Origin: Mobula hypostoma
Lineage: Eukaryota
Direction of reading: 5' to 3'
Assembly (NCBI RefSeq): GCF_963921235.1
Contig: NC_086097.1
Span: 67,396,001-67,460,000 of the forward strand
Length of the DNA: 64,000 nt
In this document: in pieces, positions 52,052 through 64,000 of the stretch
How the letters are laid out: every line of letters starts with the position of its first letter
Numbering within the stretch: the first letter of the stretch is position 1
Position numbers and translations under genes: made by a program
The notes under the pieces: generated by a model
What the model was told of the DNA's origin: nothing
Seen by the model: the letters and a program-made list of their open reading frames with translations, nothing else
The model's database searches: none

Positions 52052-54162
52052 CCATAGAACCATAGAACCATAGAAACTACAGCACAGAAACAGGCCCTTT
52101 GGCCCTTCTTGGCTGTGTCGAACCATTTTCTGCCTAGTCCCACTGACTTGCACACGGACCATTATCCCTCCATACACCTCCCATCCATGTATCTGTCCAA
52201 TTTATTCTTAAATGTTAAAAAAGAACCCGCATTTACCACCTCGTCTGGCAGCTCATTCCATACTCCCACCACTCTCTGTGTGAAGAAGCCCCCGTTAATG
52301 TTCCCTTTAAACTTTTCCCCGCTCACCCTTAACCCATGTCCTCTGGTTTTTTTCTCCCCTTGCCTCAGTGGAAAAAGCCTGCTTGCATTCACTCTATCTA
52401 TACCCATCATAATTTTATATACCTCTATCAAATCTCCCCTCATTCTTCTATGCTCCAGGGAATAAAGTCCTAACCTATTCAACCTTTCTCTGTAACTGAG
52501 TTTCTCAAGTCCCAGCAACATCCTTGTAAACCTTCTCTGCACTCTTTCAACCTTATTTATATCCTTCCTGTAAGCTGGTGACCAAAACTGAACACAATAC
52601 TCCAGATTCGGCCTCACCAATGCCTTATACAACCTCATCATAACATTCCAGCTCTTACACTCAATACTTTGATTAATAAAGGCCAATGTACCAAAAGCTC
52701 TCTTTACGACCCTATCTACCTGTGACGCCACTTTTAGGGAATTTTGTATCTGTATTCCCAGATCCCTCTGTTCCACTGCACTCCTCAGTGCCTTACCATT
52801 AACCCTGTATGTTCTACGTTGGTTTGTCCTTCCAACGTGCAATACCTCACACTTGTCAGTATTAAACTCCATCTGCCATTTTTCAGCCCATTTTTCCAGC
52901 TGGTCCAAGTCCCTCTGCAGGCTCTGAAAACCTTCCTCACTGTCTACTACACCTTCAATCTTTGTATCATCAGCAAACTTGCTGATCCAATTTACCACAT
53001 TATCATCCAGATCATTGATATAGATGACAAATAACAATGGACCCAGCACTGATCCCTGTGGCACACCACTAGTCACAAGCCTCCACTCAGAGAAGCAATT
53101 CTCTACCACCACTCTCTGGCTTCTTCCATCGAGCCAATGTCTAATCCAATTTACCACCTCTCCATGTATACCTAGCGACTGAATTTACCTAACTAACCTC
53201 CCATGCGGGACCTTGTCAAAGGCCTTACTGAAGTCCATGTAGACAATATCCACTGCCTTCCCTTCATCCACTTTCCTGGTAACCTCCTCAAAAAACTCCA
53301 ACAGATTGGTCAAACATGACCTACCACGCACAAAGCCATGTTGACTCTCCCTAATAAGCCCCTGTCTATCCAAATGCTTGTAGATTCTGTCTCTTAGTAC
53401 TCCCTCCAATAACTTACCTACTACCGACGTTAAACTCACCGGCCTATAATTTCCTGGATTACTTTTCGATCCTTTTTTAAACAACGGAACAACATGAACC
53501 ACTCCAATCCTCCGGCACTTCACCCGTAGACAGCGACATTTTAAATATTTCTGCCAGGGCCCCCGCAATTTCAACACTAGTCTCCTTCAAGGTCCGAGGG
53601 AACACTCTGTCAGGTCCCGGGGATTTATCCACTTTAATTTTCCTCAAGACAGCAAGCACCTCCTCCTTTTCAATCTGTACAGTTTCCATGGTCTCACTAC
53701 TTGATTCCCTCAATTCCATAGATTTCATGCCAGCTTCCTTAGTAAATACAGACACAAAAAACCTATTTAAGATCTCCCCCATTTCCTTTGATTTCGCACA
53801 AAGCCGACCACTCTGATCTTCAAGAGGACCAATTTTATCCCTTACAATCCTTTTGCTCTTAATATACTTGTAAAAGCTCTTTGGATTATCCTTCACTTTG
53901 ACTGCCAAGGCAACCTCATGTCTTCTTTTTGCCCTCCTGATTTCTTTCTTAAGTATTTTCTTGCACTTCTTATACTCCTCAAGCACCTGATTTACCCCCT
54001 GTTTCCTATACATTTCATACAACTCCCTCTTCTTCTTTATCAGAGTTGCAATATCCCTTGAGAACCAAGGTTCCTTATTCCTATTCAATTTGCCTTTAAT
54101 CCTGACAGGAATATACAAACTCAGCACTCTCAAAATTTCCCCTTTGAAGGCTTCCCACCTAC
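52052..54162 (-). mobile_element. Young 5'-truncated CR1
   Basis: Long clean RT ORFs 52162-53157, 53185-53577 and most of 53477-54274; (CCATAGAA)3 tail on the plus strand. Confidence 0.95.
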
Positions 54163-54964
54163 CAAAAGAGTTTCCTCTTTTATCCCTAATGGATCCTAGC
54201 CTCAGTCTAGTCATCTTCCTGATCTTTACATATGTGTGGAATGCCTTGGGATTTTCCTGAATTCTGCTTACCAAGGCCTTCTCATGTCATCTTTCAGCTC
54301 TCCTAAGTCCATTCTTAAACTCCTGGCTACCTTGTAATTCTCTAGAGCCCAGTCTGATCCTTGTTTACTAAACTGTAAGTATGCTTCTTTCTTCCTCTTG
54401 ACTAGATAGTCTACATCTCATCAAACATGGTTCCTTCACCCTGCTGCCTCGATGAGAGAAACCTATTCAGAACCCCTTATAACTGCTTCTTAAACAACCT
54501 CCTTATTTCCCTGAGTACATCCATTCCCAATTTACTCTCCCAAGTTCCTGCCAAATAGCATTAATATTTCCCCTATCCCAGTTAAATACTTTCCTATACC
54601 ATCTGCTCCCATCCCTGCCAAGGCTATGGTAAAGATCAGGGTCTTGTGGTCACTGTCTCTCAAATGCCTCACTCACTAAGAGATCTCTCACCTGACCAGG
54701 GTTATTACTGAGCACCAGATCCAGTATGGTCTTTCCTCTAGTCGGCCTATTTGCATATTGTGTCAGGAATCCTTCGTAGACTAACCCAACAAATTTTTCC
54801 TCATTCAAACCTTTTGTACTAAAGAGGTGCCAGCCAATATTAGGGAAGTTGCAGTCACCCATCATAACAATCCTGTTATTTTTGCACCTTTCCGCTCTGC
54901 ATCTCAATGTTTACAGTGTTATTGGGTGGGGAAGGCAGTGTCTATAGAATGCTCTCAATAGAGT

Positions 54965-56448
54965 CACAAACAAGAGAAAATCTGCAGATGCTGGAAATCC
55001 AAGCAACACACACACAATACTGGAGGAACTTAGCAGGCCAGGCAGCATCTTGGAAAAGAGTACTGTCAATGTTTCAGGCTGAAACCCTTCAGCAGGACCA
55101 GAGAAAAAAGCTAGGGAGTAGATTTAAAAGATGGGGGGAGGGGAGGGAGAAACACAGGGTGATAGGTGAAATCTAAAGGGGGAGGGATAAAGTAAAGAGC
55201 TGGGAAGTTGATTGGTGAGAGAGACAGAAGGCCATGGGATAAGAAATGGTGATGGATGGGTGGGGAGCATTACCGGAAGTTTGAGAAATTAATGTTCACG
55301 CCATTAAGTTGGAGGCTACCCAAACGGAATGTAAGATGTTGTTCCTCCAACCTAAGTGTGGCCTCCTCACGACAGTGGAGGAGGCCATGAATGGACATAT
55401 CGGAATGGGAATGGGAAGTGGAATTAAAATGGGTGGCCACTAGGAGATCGCGCTTGTTCAGGCAGATGGACCGTAGATGCCTCCACGTCCAGCACATCTA
55501 CTCTTAACCAATCCTCCCACCACCCTACCAGGGGTAGAGTTCCTCTTGTCCTCACCTACCACCCCACCAGTCTCCATATCCAGCACATAATTCTCTAAAA
55601 CATCCACGAATTCCAACTAGATCCCACCACCAAGCATATCTTTCCCTCACCCCCCCGCCCCCCGCTTTCTGCTTTCTGCAGGGATCACTCCCTACGTGAC
55701 TCCCTTGTCCATTGATCTCCCTCCTTTCCCACATCCTTGCAAGCGGAACAAGTGCTACACCTCCCTCATTATCATTCAGGGCCCTAAACACTCCTTCCAG
55801 GTGAGGCAACAATTCACCTGTGAGTCTGTTGGGGTCATATACTGTGCTTGGTGCTCCCAGTGTGGCCTCCTGTATATCGGTGAGACCTGACATAGATTGG
55901 GAGACAAAGCACCTACGCTCCATCTGCCAGAACAAGCGCGATCTCCCAGTGGCCATCCATTCCCATTTCTGATATGTCCGTCCATAGCCTCCTCCATTGT
56001 CATGATGAAGGCACACTTAGGTTGGTGGAACAACACCTTACATTCCATCTGGGTAGCCGCCAACCTGATGACATGAACATTCATTTCTCAAATTTCCAGT
56101 AATGCCCCCCACCTCCTGTCTTTTACCATTTCTCATGGCCTTTTCCCTCCCTCATCTTATCTCCTTGCCCGCCCATCGTCTCCCCTGGTGCTCCTCCACC
56201 CCCCCCTTTTCTTTCTCCCAAGGCCTTCTGTCTCTTTCATCAATCAACTTCCCAGCTCTTTACTTCATCTTCCCCCTCCAGGTTTATCTACCACCTTGTG
56301 TTTCTTCTTCCCTCCCCCCAACTTTTAAATCTACCCCCTAGCTTTCTTCTCCAGTCCTGCCAAATGGTTTCAGCCTGAAACGTCGACTGTACTCTTTTCC
56401 TAGATGCTGCCTGGCCTGCTGAGTTCCTCCAGCATTTTGTGTGTGTTA
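54965..56448 (+). mobile_element. Penelope-like element with inverted 5' copy of its 3' end
   Basis: 54965-~55480 is a reverse copy of the 3' region; GIY-YIG TCESVGVIYCAWCSQCGLLYIGET; 13-bp TSD ct(c/g)tcaatagagt at 54952-54964 and 56449-56461. Confidence 0.9.
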
Positions 56449-56749
56449 CTGTCAATAGAGTGGTTGCTCCCTTGCTGTTTCTGACTCCCCCCCACACTGA
56501 CTCAGTACATTTCTCCACAACGTCATCCCTTTCTATAGTTGGGTGCTATCTCTGATTTGCAATGCCACTCCCCCACCTCTTTTATCTCCTCCCTTCCCTT
56601 TTGTCACATCTAAACCCTGTTTAGACAGTCAAGTCTCTGTAATAGCTACAACTATGCAGTTCATGTACCAACCCATGTTTTAAATTTATTGTCCTTGTTC
56701 CTGATACTTCTCACATTAAACCCAACCAAATGACTGCAATTATACCCTT

Positions 56750-56878
56750 CCTTCTCTTACTATCTCTTCTTTCAGTTAGTCCTGATGAAGGGTCTCGGCC
56801 AGAAACGTCGACTGTACCTCTTCCTAAAGATGCTGCCTGGCCTGCTGCGTTCACCAGCAACTTTTATGTGTGTTGCTT
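56750..56878 (+). mobile_element. Short PLE-derived element
   Basis: Nearly identical to 22901-22998. Confidence 0.85.
56777..56814 (+). ncRNA. Predicted minimal type-I hammerhead ribozyme
   Basis: Stem I UAGUC/GACUG, core CUGAUGA at 56782-56788, short stem II (GG..CC), GAAAC-GUC cleavage triplet at 56807-56809, self-complementary ACGU stem III. Confidence 0.7.
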
Positions 56879-58067
56879 CTATTCAGTAAAACCATGCAAC
56901 CAAAAATCAACAATGTCAGCCAGAGACTATTTTAATGATTACAAAGAACATTCGAGACATTGACAGGAATAATGATCAATTAGAGAAAGTCAGCTTGGGA
57001 TTGATTGTCAGCTGACCAATAGGCATTGTTTGTTTTGGCTCACCATAACAACCCCCTCTTGAAGATGATTACCTGCAGGATTTGAGCCAAAGGTTTAATT
57101 TAGGTCGGAATAAATGGCTTGCACTGGCGATCAGAACTTTTTCATGGTCACAAGCTGTCATGTTCTCGTCTTGATGTTGCTTGTGACTGTGCTGTGTTGG
57201 TGGTTGGTTCGGTTGGGTGGACTGTTTTAGGAGGAGATGAAAGTCCAGCTCTATTTTTGATGATCTACCTGATGAACCTGATATGCTATTGGGAGCATGT
57301 TACCGCAACCGGTTGATGTGGTGATGCAAGGCAGGTCCCTCTGTGATAACTTTGTAGAGCACTTTCCCTATGTGCTTGACAATCTGACCTGGTACCAAGG
57401 GTCTCTTAACTACTGCCATACAGTCTGGCTCACTGCAGCACTGGGCTTGAATGGCTTCACCTATTGACCAAGATCAGTGTGGTTATCATTGTGCATCTGG
57501 CCTCCTGTTATCTTGGATGTTGGGCTCTTTGGCAGCATTTCACTCAACATTGTATGCAGTTTCCTTCCCAAATGCGCTTCAGCTGGAGACTTCCCCCTGG
57601 ATGCAGGATAATTTGATATGTCAGAGAAATATGCTGAGAGCCTTGACCAATGTTTCTTCCCCTCAATATCAAGAGTGATTGTTTGAGGGTATTCACAAAC
57701 CTCTCTGCTTGACTGTTGGATTGTGGATGATACAGGGGTGAGCGGCTGTGGATAATTGTGCTGGTCTGGCAGACTGCAGCAAACTGCTGTGTACTGAATT
57801 ACGTGCCGCTATCAGAAACAAGCGTTTCTGGCATCCCAAACTGCAGCAGCTATTGAATGGTAGCCTTTTTCATTGTTGACTTTATAGGTAATACTGGCCA
57901 TTTGGAATAGTTGTCAACCAGAACAAGGTTGATTGAGCCAGCAAAATCAGTATGTACTCTACTCCAAGGTCTAGTAAAGTAATGCTATGGTTGAGGATTG
58001 GCTCTACTTGGATTCTTTGTGCCATAGAGTACTGAGTAAACTGCTTGTATACGGATGTGATATCTTC

Positions 58068-61000
58068 ATAGAACATTGCACATAGAACATAGAGGGTACA
58101 GCCCAGGAACAGGCCATTCAGCCCACAATGTTGTGCTGATCTATCTAAAACTGAACCAAAAACCCTCAAACACTAATCCCTCCTACCTACACCATATCCA
58201 TACCCCTCCATCCTCCTTATATCCGTGTGTCTATCCAAGTGTCTCTTAAAAGCCTCTAATGTATTTACCTCTACCACCATATCAGGCAGCATATTCCAGG
58301 TATTCACAACTCTCTGAGTAAAAAACTTACCCTTCACATCTCCCTTGAACATACCCCCTCTGACTTTCAATGCATGTCCTCTGGTATTAGAGTTTTCAAT
58401 CCTGGGAAACAGATACTCTCTATCCACTCTGTCTTTGCCTCTCATAATCTTGTAAACCTCTATCAAATCTCCCTCAGCCTCCTTGGCTCCAGAGAAAACA
58501 GCCCGAGTTCATCTAGCCTCTTGTGACAGCACGTGCGCTCTAAACCAGGCAGCATCCTGGTAAACCTCTTCTGCACCCTCTCCAAAGCCTCAACATCCTT
58601 CCTATAGGGGCGACCAGAACTGTACACAATCCTCCAGATGTGGTCTAACCCGAGTTTTATAAAATTGCAACATAAACTCTGACACTTGAACTCAATGCCC
58701 TGACTAATAAAATCAAGCATTCCATAACCCGGCTTAACAACTTCATCAACCAGTGTAGCCACTTTCAAGGACCTATAAACTTGGATTCCAAGCTCTCTCT
58801 GCTCAGCAACTGTTAAGGACCTTGCCCTTAACAATGTACTGTCTTCTTCCATATGCCCTACCAAGGTGCAACACTTCACATTTATCTGGGTTAAACGACA
58901 TCTGCAATTTCTCAGCCCATACCTGCAATTGGTCTATATGGTACTGTATTCTTTGCCAGTTGTAGCATCTGCAAACTTAGTAACCCACCCATCTACGTTT
59001 TCATCCAGGTCATTTATATAAATTACAAACAGCAGAGATCCCAGCACAGATCCCTGTGGAACTCCACTAATTACAGACCTCCAGCTTGAATAAGTCCCTT
59101 CATCCACAACCCTTCTCTGTGCAAGCCAGTTCTGAATCCAAACAGCCAATTTGCTGTGGATCCCATGCATCTTAATCTTCTGGATTAGCCTCCCATGAGG
59201 GACTTTGTCAAAAGCCTTACTACGATCCATGTAGACAACATCCACTGCCCTACCCGCATCAATCTCTCTCATCACCTTCTCAAAAAAATCAATCAAGTTG
59301 GTACGACATGACCTGCCATGCACAAAGCCATACTGGCTCCCCCTCATTAAGCTATGAATTTCTAAATGCTTATATATCCTATCCCCAAGAACTTTCTCCA
59401 GCAATTTCCCCACAACTGATGTGAGACTCATCGGTCTATAGTTCCTAGGATTTCCCCTTTTTCCCTTCTTCCCTTCTCAAATACAGGTACAACATTAGCC
59501 GCTCACCAGTCCTCTGGGATCTCGCCTGTGGCCTGAGAGGATACAAAGATATTAGTCAAGGACCCAGCAATCTCATCTGTTGCCTCTTTCAATAACCTGC
59601 GGTAAATCCTATCATGTCCTAGGGACTTGTCCACCTTAATACTCCTTAGGCGGACTAATACTTCTTCCTGCTTGACCTCTAAACGTTCCAACGCATTTGT
59701 ACGTTCAGCAATGATCACCTGGTCCTCCATATCTTTTCCTTGCTAAGTACTGAAGCAAAGTACTCATTAAGTACCTCACTCACATGCTCTGCATCCAAGT
59801 AAATGTTTTATTTATCTTTATCCTTGAGTGGTCCCACCCTCTCCCTAGTTATCCTATTACTCTTGATGTATGTAGAGAATGCCTTGTTATTCACTGTAAT
59901 CCTACTTGTTAAGGATTTTTCATGGCCCTGCTTGACTTTCCTAATTTGCTTCTTTAGTTCTTTTCTGGCTTCTTTATACTCCTCATGTGCTTTGCTTGAT
60001 CCTGACTTCCAAAGCTTTACAAACTTATCTTTTTTTTCTTCTTAACTAAATTCATCACCTCTTTGGACATCCAAGGTTCTCTTATCTTCCCATCACCATC
60101 CTTCCTTCTAACAGTAACATACTTTTCCTGTACACTGTGCAATTGATCTTTAAACACCCTCCATATGTCTGATGTGGAGTTGTCAGAGAAAATATGTTCA
60201 TAATTAACACTTGTTAGTTCCTGACTAATGCCCTCATAGTTTGCTCTACTCCAAATTAAAACTCTCCCACAAGGACCATACTTATCTCTATCTGTAGCTA
60301 ACCTGAAAGATAAGGAGTTGTAGTCACTGCTCCCTAACTGTTCACCTACTGAAACGTTGTCACCTGGTCAGGCTCTTTACCCAACACCAGGTCCAGTATG
60401 GCCCCACCTCTCATTAGACCGTCCACATACCAATTCAAGAAACCTTCCTGGATACACTGAACAAATTCAGCCGCATCTAAACCCCTTACACTAAGAAGGT
60501 CCCAGTTTATATTGGGGAAGTTGAAACCCCCATGACAAAAAGATCTATTATTTTTACACATTTCCTTAACCTGATTACATATCTGTTCCTCAAAGACCCA
60601 GTGGCTATTAGGGGGTCTGTAGTACAATCCCATCAGTGTGCTTGCACACTTCCTATTCTTGAATTCCACCTAAATGGACACAGTGCTTGACCCCTGCATT
60701 ATGTCTTCCCTGAGTGCAGCTGGGATATTGTCCCTGATTAGTAGTACCTCCTTCTCTACCTTTTCTAAAACTTTGAAAACCTGGTACATTAATCACCCAT
60801 TCCTGCTCCTCTCTCAACCAAGTTTCAGTGTTCAGTATTCAGACAGTGGTGAATCTGTGGAATTCTCTGCCACAGCAAACTGTTGAGGCCAGTTCATTGG
60901 CTATGTTTAAGAGGGAGTTAGATATGGCCCTTGTGGCTACAGGGGATCAGGGGGTATGGAGGGAAGGCTGGGGCGGGGTTCTGAGTTGGATGATCAGCCA

Positions 61001-62120
61001 TGATCATAATAAATGGCGGTGCAGGCTCGAAGGGCCGAATGGCCTACTCCTGCACCTATTTTCTATGTTTCTATGACTCCAACATTGTAGTTCCATGCAC
61101 TGATTCACGCTCTAAGTTCATCACCCTTACCCATAATACTCCTAGCATTAAAATGTACACACTACAAACTATCCCACCCATCAAGCCTTTTATTTTGATC
61201 TTGCCTTTCAATACTTTCCCTGACATCTACTTTCCAGTCTGATCCTTTACCTTACTGACCTGGGCCCTTACCTTCCCAGCCCCCTGCAAAACTAGTTTAA
61301 ACTCGTCTGAGTGGCATCAGCAAACCTCCTGGCTTGGATATTGGCTCCCTACCCAGTTCAGGTGCAACCCGTCCCTTTTGTACTGGTCACCCCTTTGCAG
61401 AAAAGGTTTTAATGATCCAAGGACTTGAAACCCTGCACCATCTCCTCAGCCACTCATTCATCCATGCAATCACCCCATTCCTACCTGCATTAGCCCATGG
61501 CACAGGGAGTAATCTCTTCAGCCTCTTTCCTAACTCTATATCCTCACTGCATAGGACCTCTTCTACTTTTCTGTCTATGTCATTGGAGCCAATATGCACC
61601 ACAACCTCTGGCTGTTTCCTGACAATATCCTGCAGCTGCTCCAATAAATCATGGACCCTAGCACCCGGGAGGCAACACCCTCCTGGAGTCTCTTTTGCAG
61701 CCTCAGAATTTCTGTCCCCCTAACTATGGAATCCCATATAACTACCGCACTGCCTGATTTTACCCTTCCCTGTCAAGACTCATATCCATGATCTGAAGGG
61801 TCACACCCCCCTCAACAGTATTCAAAAGGGTATATTTGTTGCTACGGGTAATAGCCACAGGGAAACACCACACTGATTTCATAATCCTGTTACCTCTCCT
61901 AGTAGCCACCCATCTACTGTCTGAAGACTGTACTCTGGGTGTCGCCACCTCTTCAAAAATCTCATCTAGAATATCTTCAGCCTCCTGAATGATCCTGAGT
62001 ACATCCAACTCAAGCTCTAACTCCTTGTCCTGGTCCTGCAGAGGTACCATCAGGGAAACTGTCAGGTATCCTGAATTCCCAGATCTGACAGGAGGAGTGT
62101 TCCATCCTGACTACTCTATA
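58068..62120 (-). mobile_element. Near-full-length CR1
   Basis: ORF1 leucine zipper and SGNH (VVHIGSND), APE 60346-60669, RT 58173-59730, catagaacatag tail. Confidence 0.92.
60830..61076 (+). mobile_element. Short CR1 3' end inserted in CR1
   Basis: VVNLWNSLPQ motif, 3' hairpin region and ttctatgtttctatg tail. Confidence 0.85.
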
Positions 62121-64000
62121 CCAAGAAAGAAAAAGGCTTGCCTCTTCTTAACTGTGCCTGTTCACATCGAAGGCTGTTAAGCCAAAGCCTTCATGCTCTA
62201 TTAGTGGCACACTCTGACAATAGCTACTCCACTTAAGCATGCCCTGCTTTAATTCGCAACTGAGGCTAGGCCTCTGATGCTGATACTTTTCATGCCTGTG
62301 CAGCTTAAAAGGACTGGCCTTATTCGAACCTGCTCCTTTTATCCTTTCTCTTGACATTTGTAGGGCTCTGACTAATACACACACTGTCTATGCCTGGTCA
62401 ATACACAAAGCTTCCTGCCAGGGCTTTCATTAGATTGATGCCTGGGTGACCACGGTGGAATTGTATCAGTATTTCTGGTCAGAATATTTGTGGAATTACT
62501 ATTCCATCTCCAACCATTAGGCAGGAGTCCACAGTTGGGAGTGAAATATGTCAGGAAAAGGGTATGATATCTTCTTCAATTTTAACTGGCCACCTGTCAA
62601 AGAGGTATCTGTAGATACGCTGAAGAAGAGGATCTGAGCTGTTTTTGCTCTGATCTTGTCGATTGTGACTGGAAGACCCTCAGCAGCATCCAATACAACC
62701 CAGTGGACACTGTGGTCAACTGAAATTGCAGCCATGTTTTCAGTTTTCAGTAACCTGCTGATTCACAAGTCTGGAGAGGGCACCTGCCTAAATAGGGCAT
62801 TGACTGGCACCCTTAGCCTGTACATTGTTGGGAGGAATGCCGAATAATGACTGATTATGCCCACATCTAATGGTGGAGGCATCTTTAAGACAGTAGTGGT
62901 GTTTTCGGGATCTGGGCAACGACTGTGCTCTTCTATGATGCCTGAAATCTGGGCAACGACTGCATTCTTCATTTATCTGCCTGAAATCACAATCCAAAGT
63001 TTGTTGAAAATGTGGTTCGGGCATTGGAATAGTTCTGTTTGATCCAAGCCCATCACAATGATCTCATTGAGGTAAGTGGCAAAACAGCAACACTGTCAAT
63101 ACCACTGATCATAGTGTCAATAAGCCATTGGAAAATTGAAGGAGCTGCCTTTACCCTGAAAGGCAGACAAAGGAAGATAAATAAAAAATATGGTTGTAAG
63201 GTGGGCTTCAGGCAAGTCCAAATTTGCGAAGTAGTGATCACTGTTCAATTTAGCAAAGAGATCTGCCGGTACCAGCAATAGGTACATGTGTGTCTCTGGA
63301 GCCACACTGAGACAGTTGAGAAGTCTGCACACAACCTCACTGTACTGTTGGCTTTCTTGATGATGACTCCTAGAGGTGCCCAATGTGAGTAGTCGTCAGC
63401 CCTCACCTCACCAGCTTGTTGCAGGTGATCTAGCTCTTGCTCCACGATTGGTAAAGCTGTGTGTGGTGCCAGTCTTTGGGACAGAAGACTGGCTTCGCGT
63501 CTGAACGGAGATGGAGTTCTGCTTGCGGTTTGGTGCATTGACATAAACTATCTTGAAATACTGCTGTATAGCATATAGTTGTTGTCTCATGAAATACTGC
63601 TGTATAGCATTGTTGCAGATGTTGTCTCATACATCGATGGTGGCACGGCACCGACTGACTTGATTTGAATGAACAATGTCTTCGTACAGATCTCATCCAG
63701 AGATCAAGTTTGTCCATCCAGAAAATGCCTAGGACATTCAGATCATGCTGCTTTGTTAGGTAGCGCACACTGTTGACTTAGTGACTGTTCAGATTCACTA
63801 TGCAATGCAGTTTGCCAACCAGCTGGAGGTTCCACCTGAAGCACTGCAGGTGAAATGATGAGTTGTTTTGACTGATGGGGACCCAAGTGCCCACCATGTG
63901 TATTTGGAGATAATGGTGATGTATGTGTTGAGCTATAGCTTGATCCACTGATTGTTGATAGATACATTTACTTACCGTCTCCTGGTGGCGAAATAAACCT

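Larger units (their letters stand above)
51065..56745 (-). mobile_element. Older CR1 split by a young CR1 and a Penelope element
   Basis: RT pieces 51100-52050, linker 54165-54640, APE 54650-54960 and 56450-56745 are collinear. Confidence 0.85.
56900..64000 (-). mobile_element. Decayed Gypsy element split by a full-length CR1
   Basis: Protease remnant ~63850-63970; RT SHWAPLGVIIKKANSTVRLCADFST; integrase VSDSGT..YHPQSNSQAERFV (~57690-57820) and VPGQIVKHIGKVLYKV; PPT-like aagaggggg at ~57053-57061. LTR limits uncertain. Confidence 0.8.

Noticed and set aside
18247..56878. Recurring short repeat as a CRISPR-like array
   Set aside because: Dispersed copies with no spacers or cas genes; eukaryotic PLE termini.

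Overview
Eukaryotic, transposon-dense vertebrate DNA. The repeat mix (CR1 with SGNH ORF1, V-SINEs, a DeuSINE, Penelope, Rex1/Babar, HERO) suggests a cartilaginous fish such as a ray or shark; this is an inference. Most of the window is decayed and often nested retroelements: many CR1 LINEs, three Gypsy LTR elements, one full-length L1, Rex1/Babar fragments, Penelope-like elements (PLEs), HERO and R4/Dong fragments, and a palindromic mariner MITE. Most ORF-track entries are pieces or antisense shadows of these. Highlights: (1) an intronless RBM25 fragment that replaces the RT-RNaseH-integrase region of a Gypsy element, a candidate LTR-mediated gene capture; (2) short, young PLE-derived insertions carrying a minimal type-I hammerhead ribozyme motif; (3) a four-level nest (Gypsy > V-SINE > L1 > hammerhead element) with readable target-site duplications; (4) a candidate unidentified minus-strand host gene made of small phase-2 exons, ending near 4925. 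No CRISPR array, rRNA or tRNA gene is supported.
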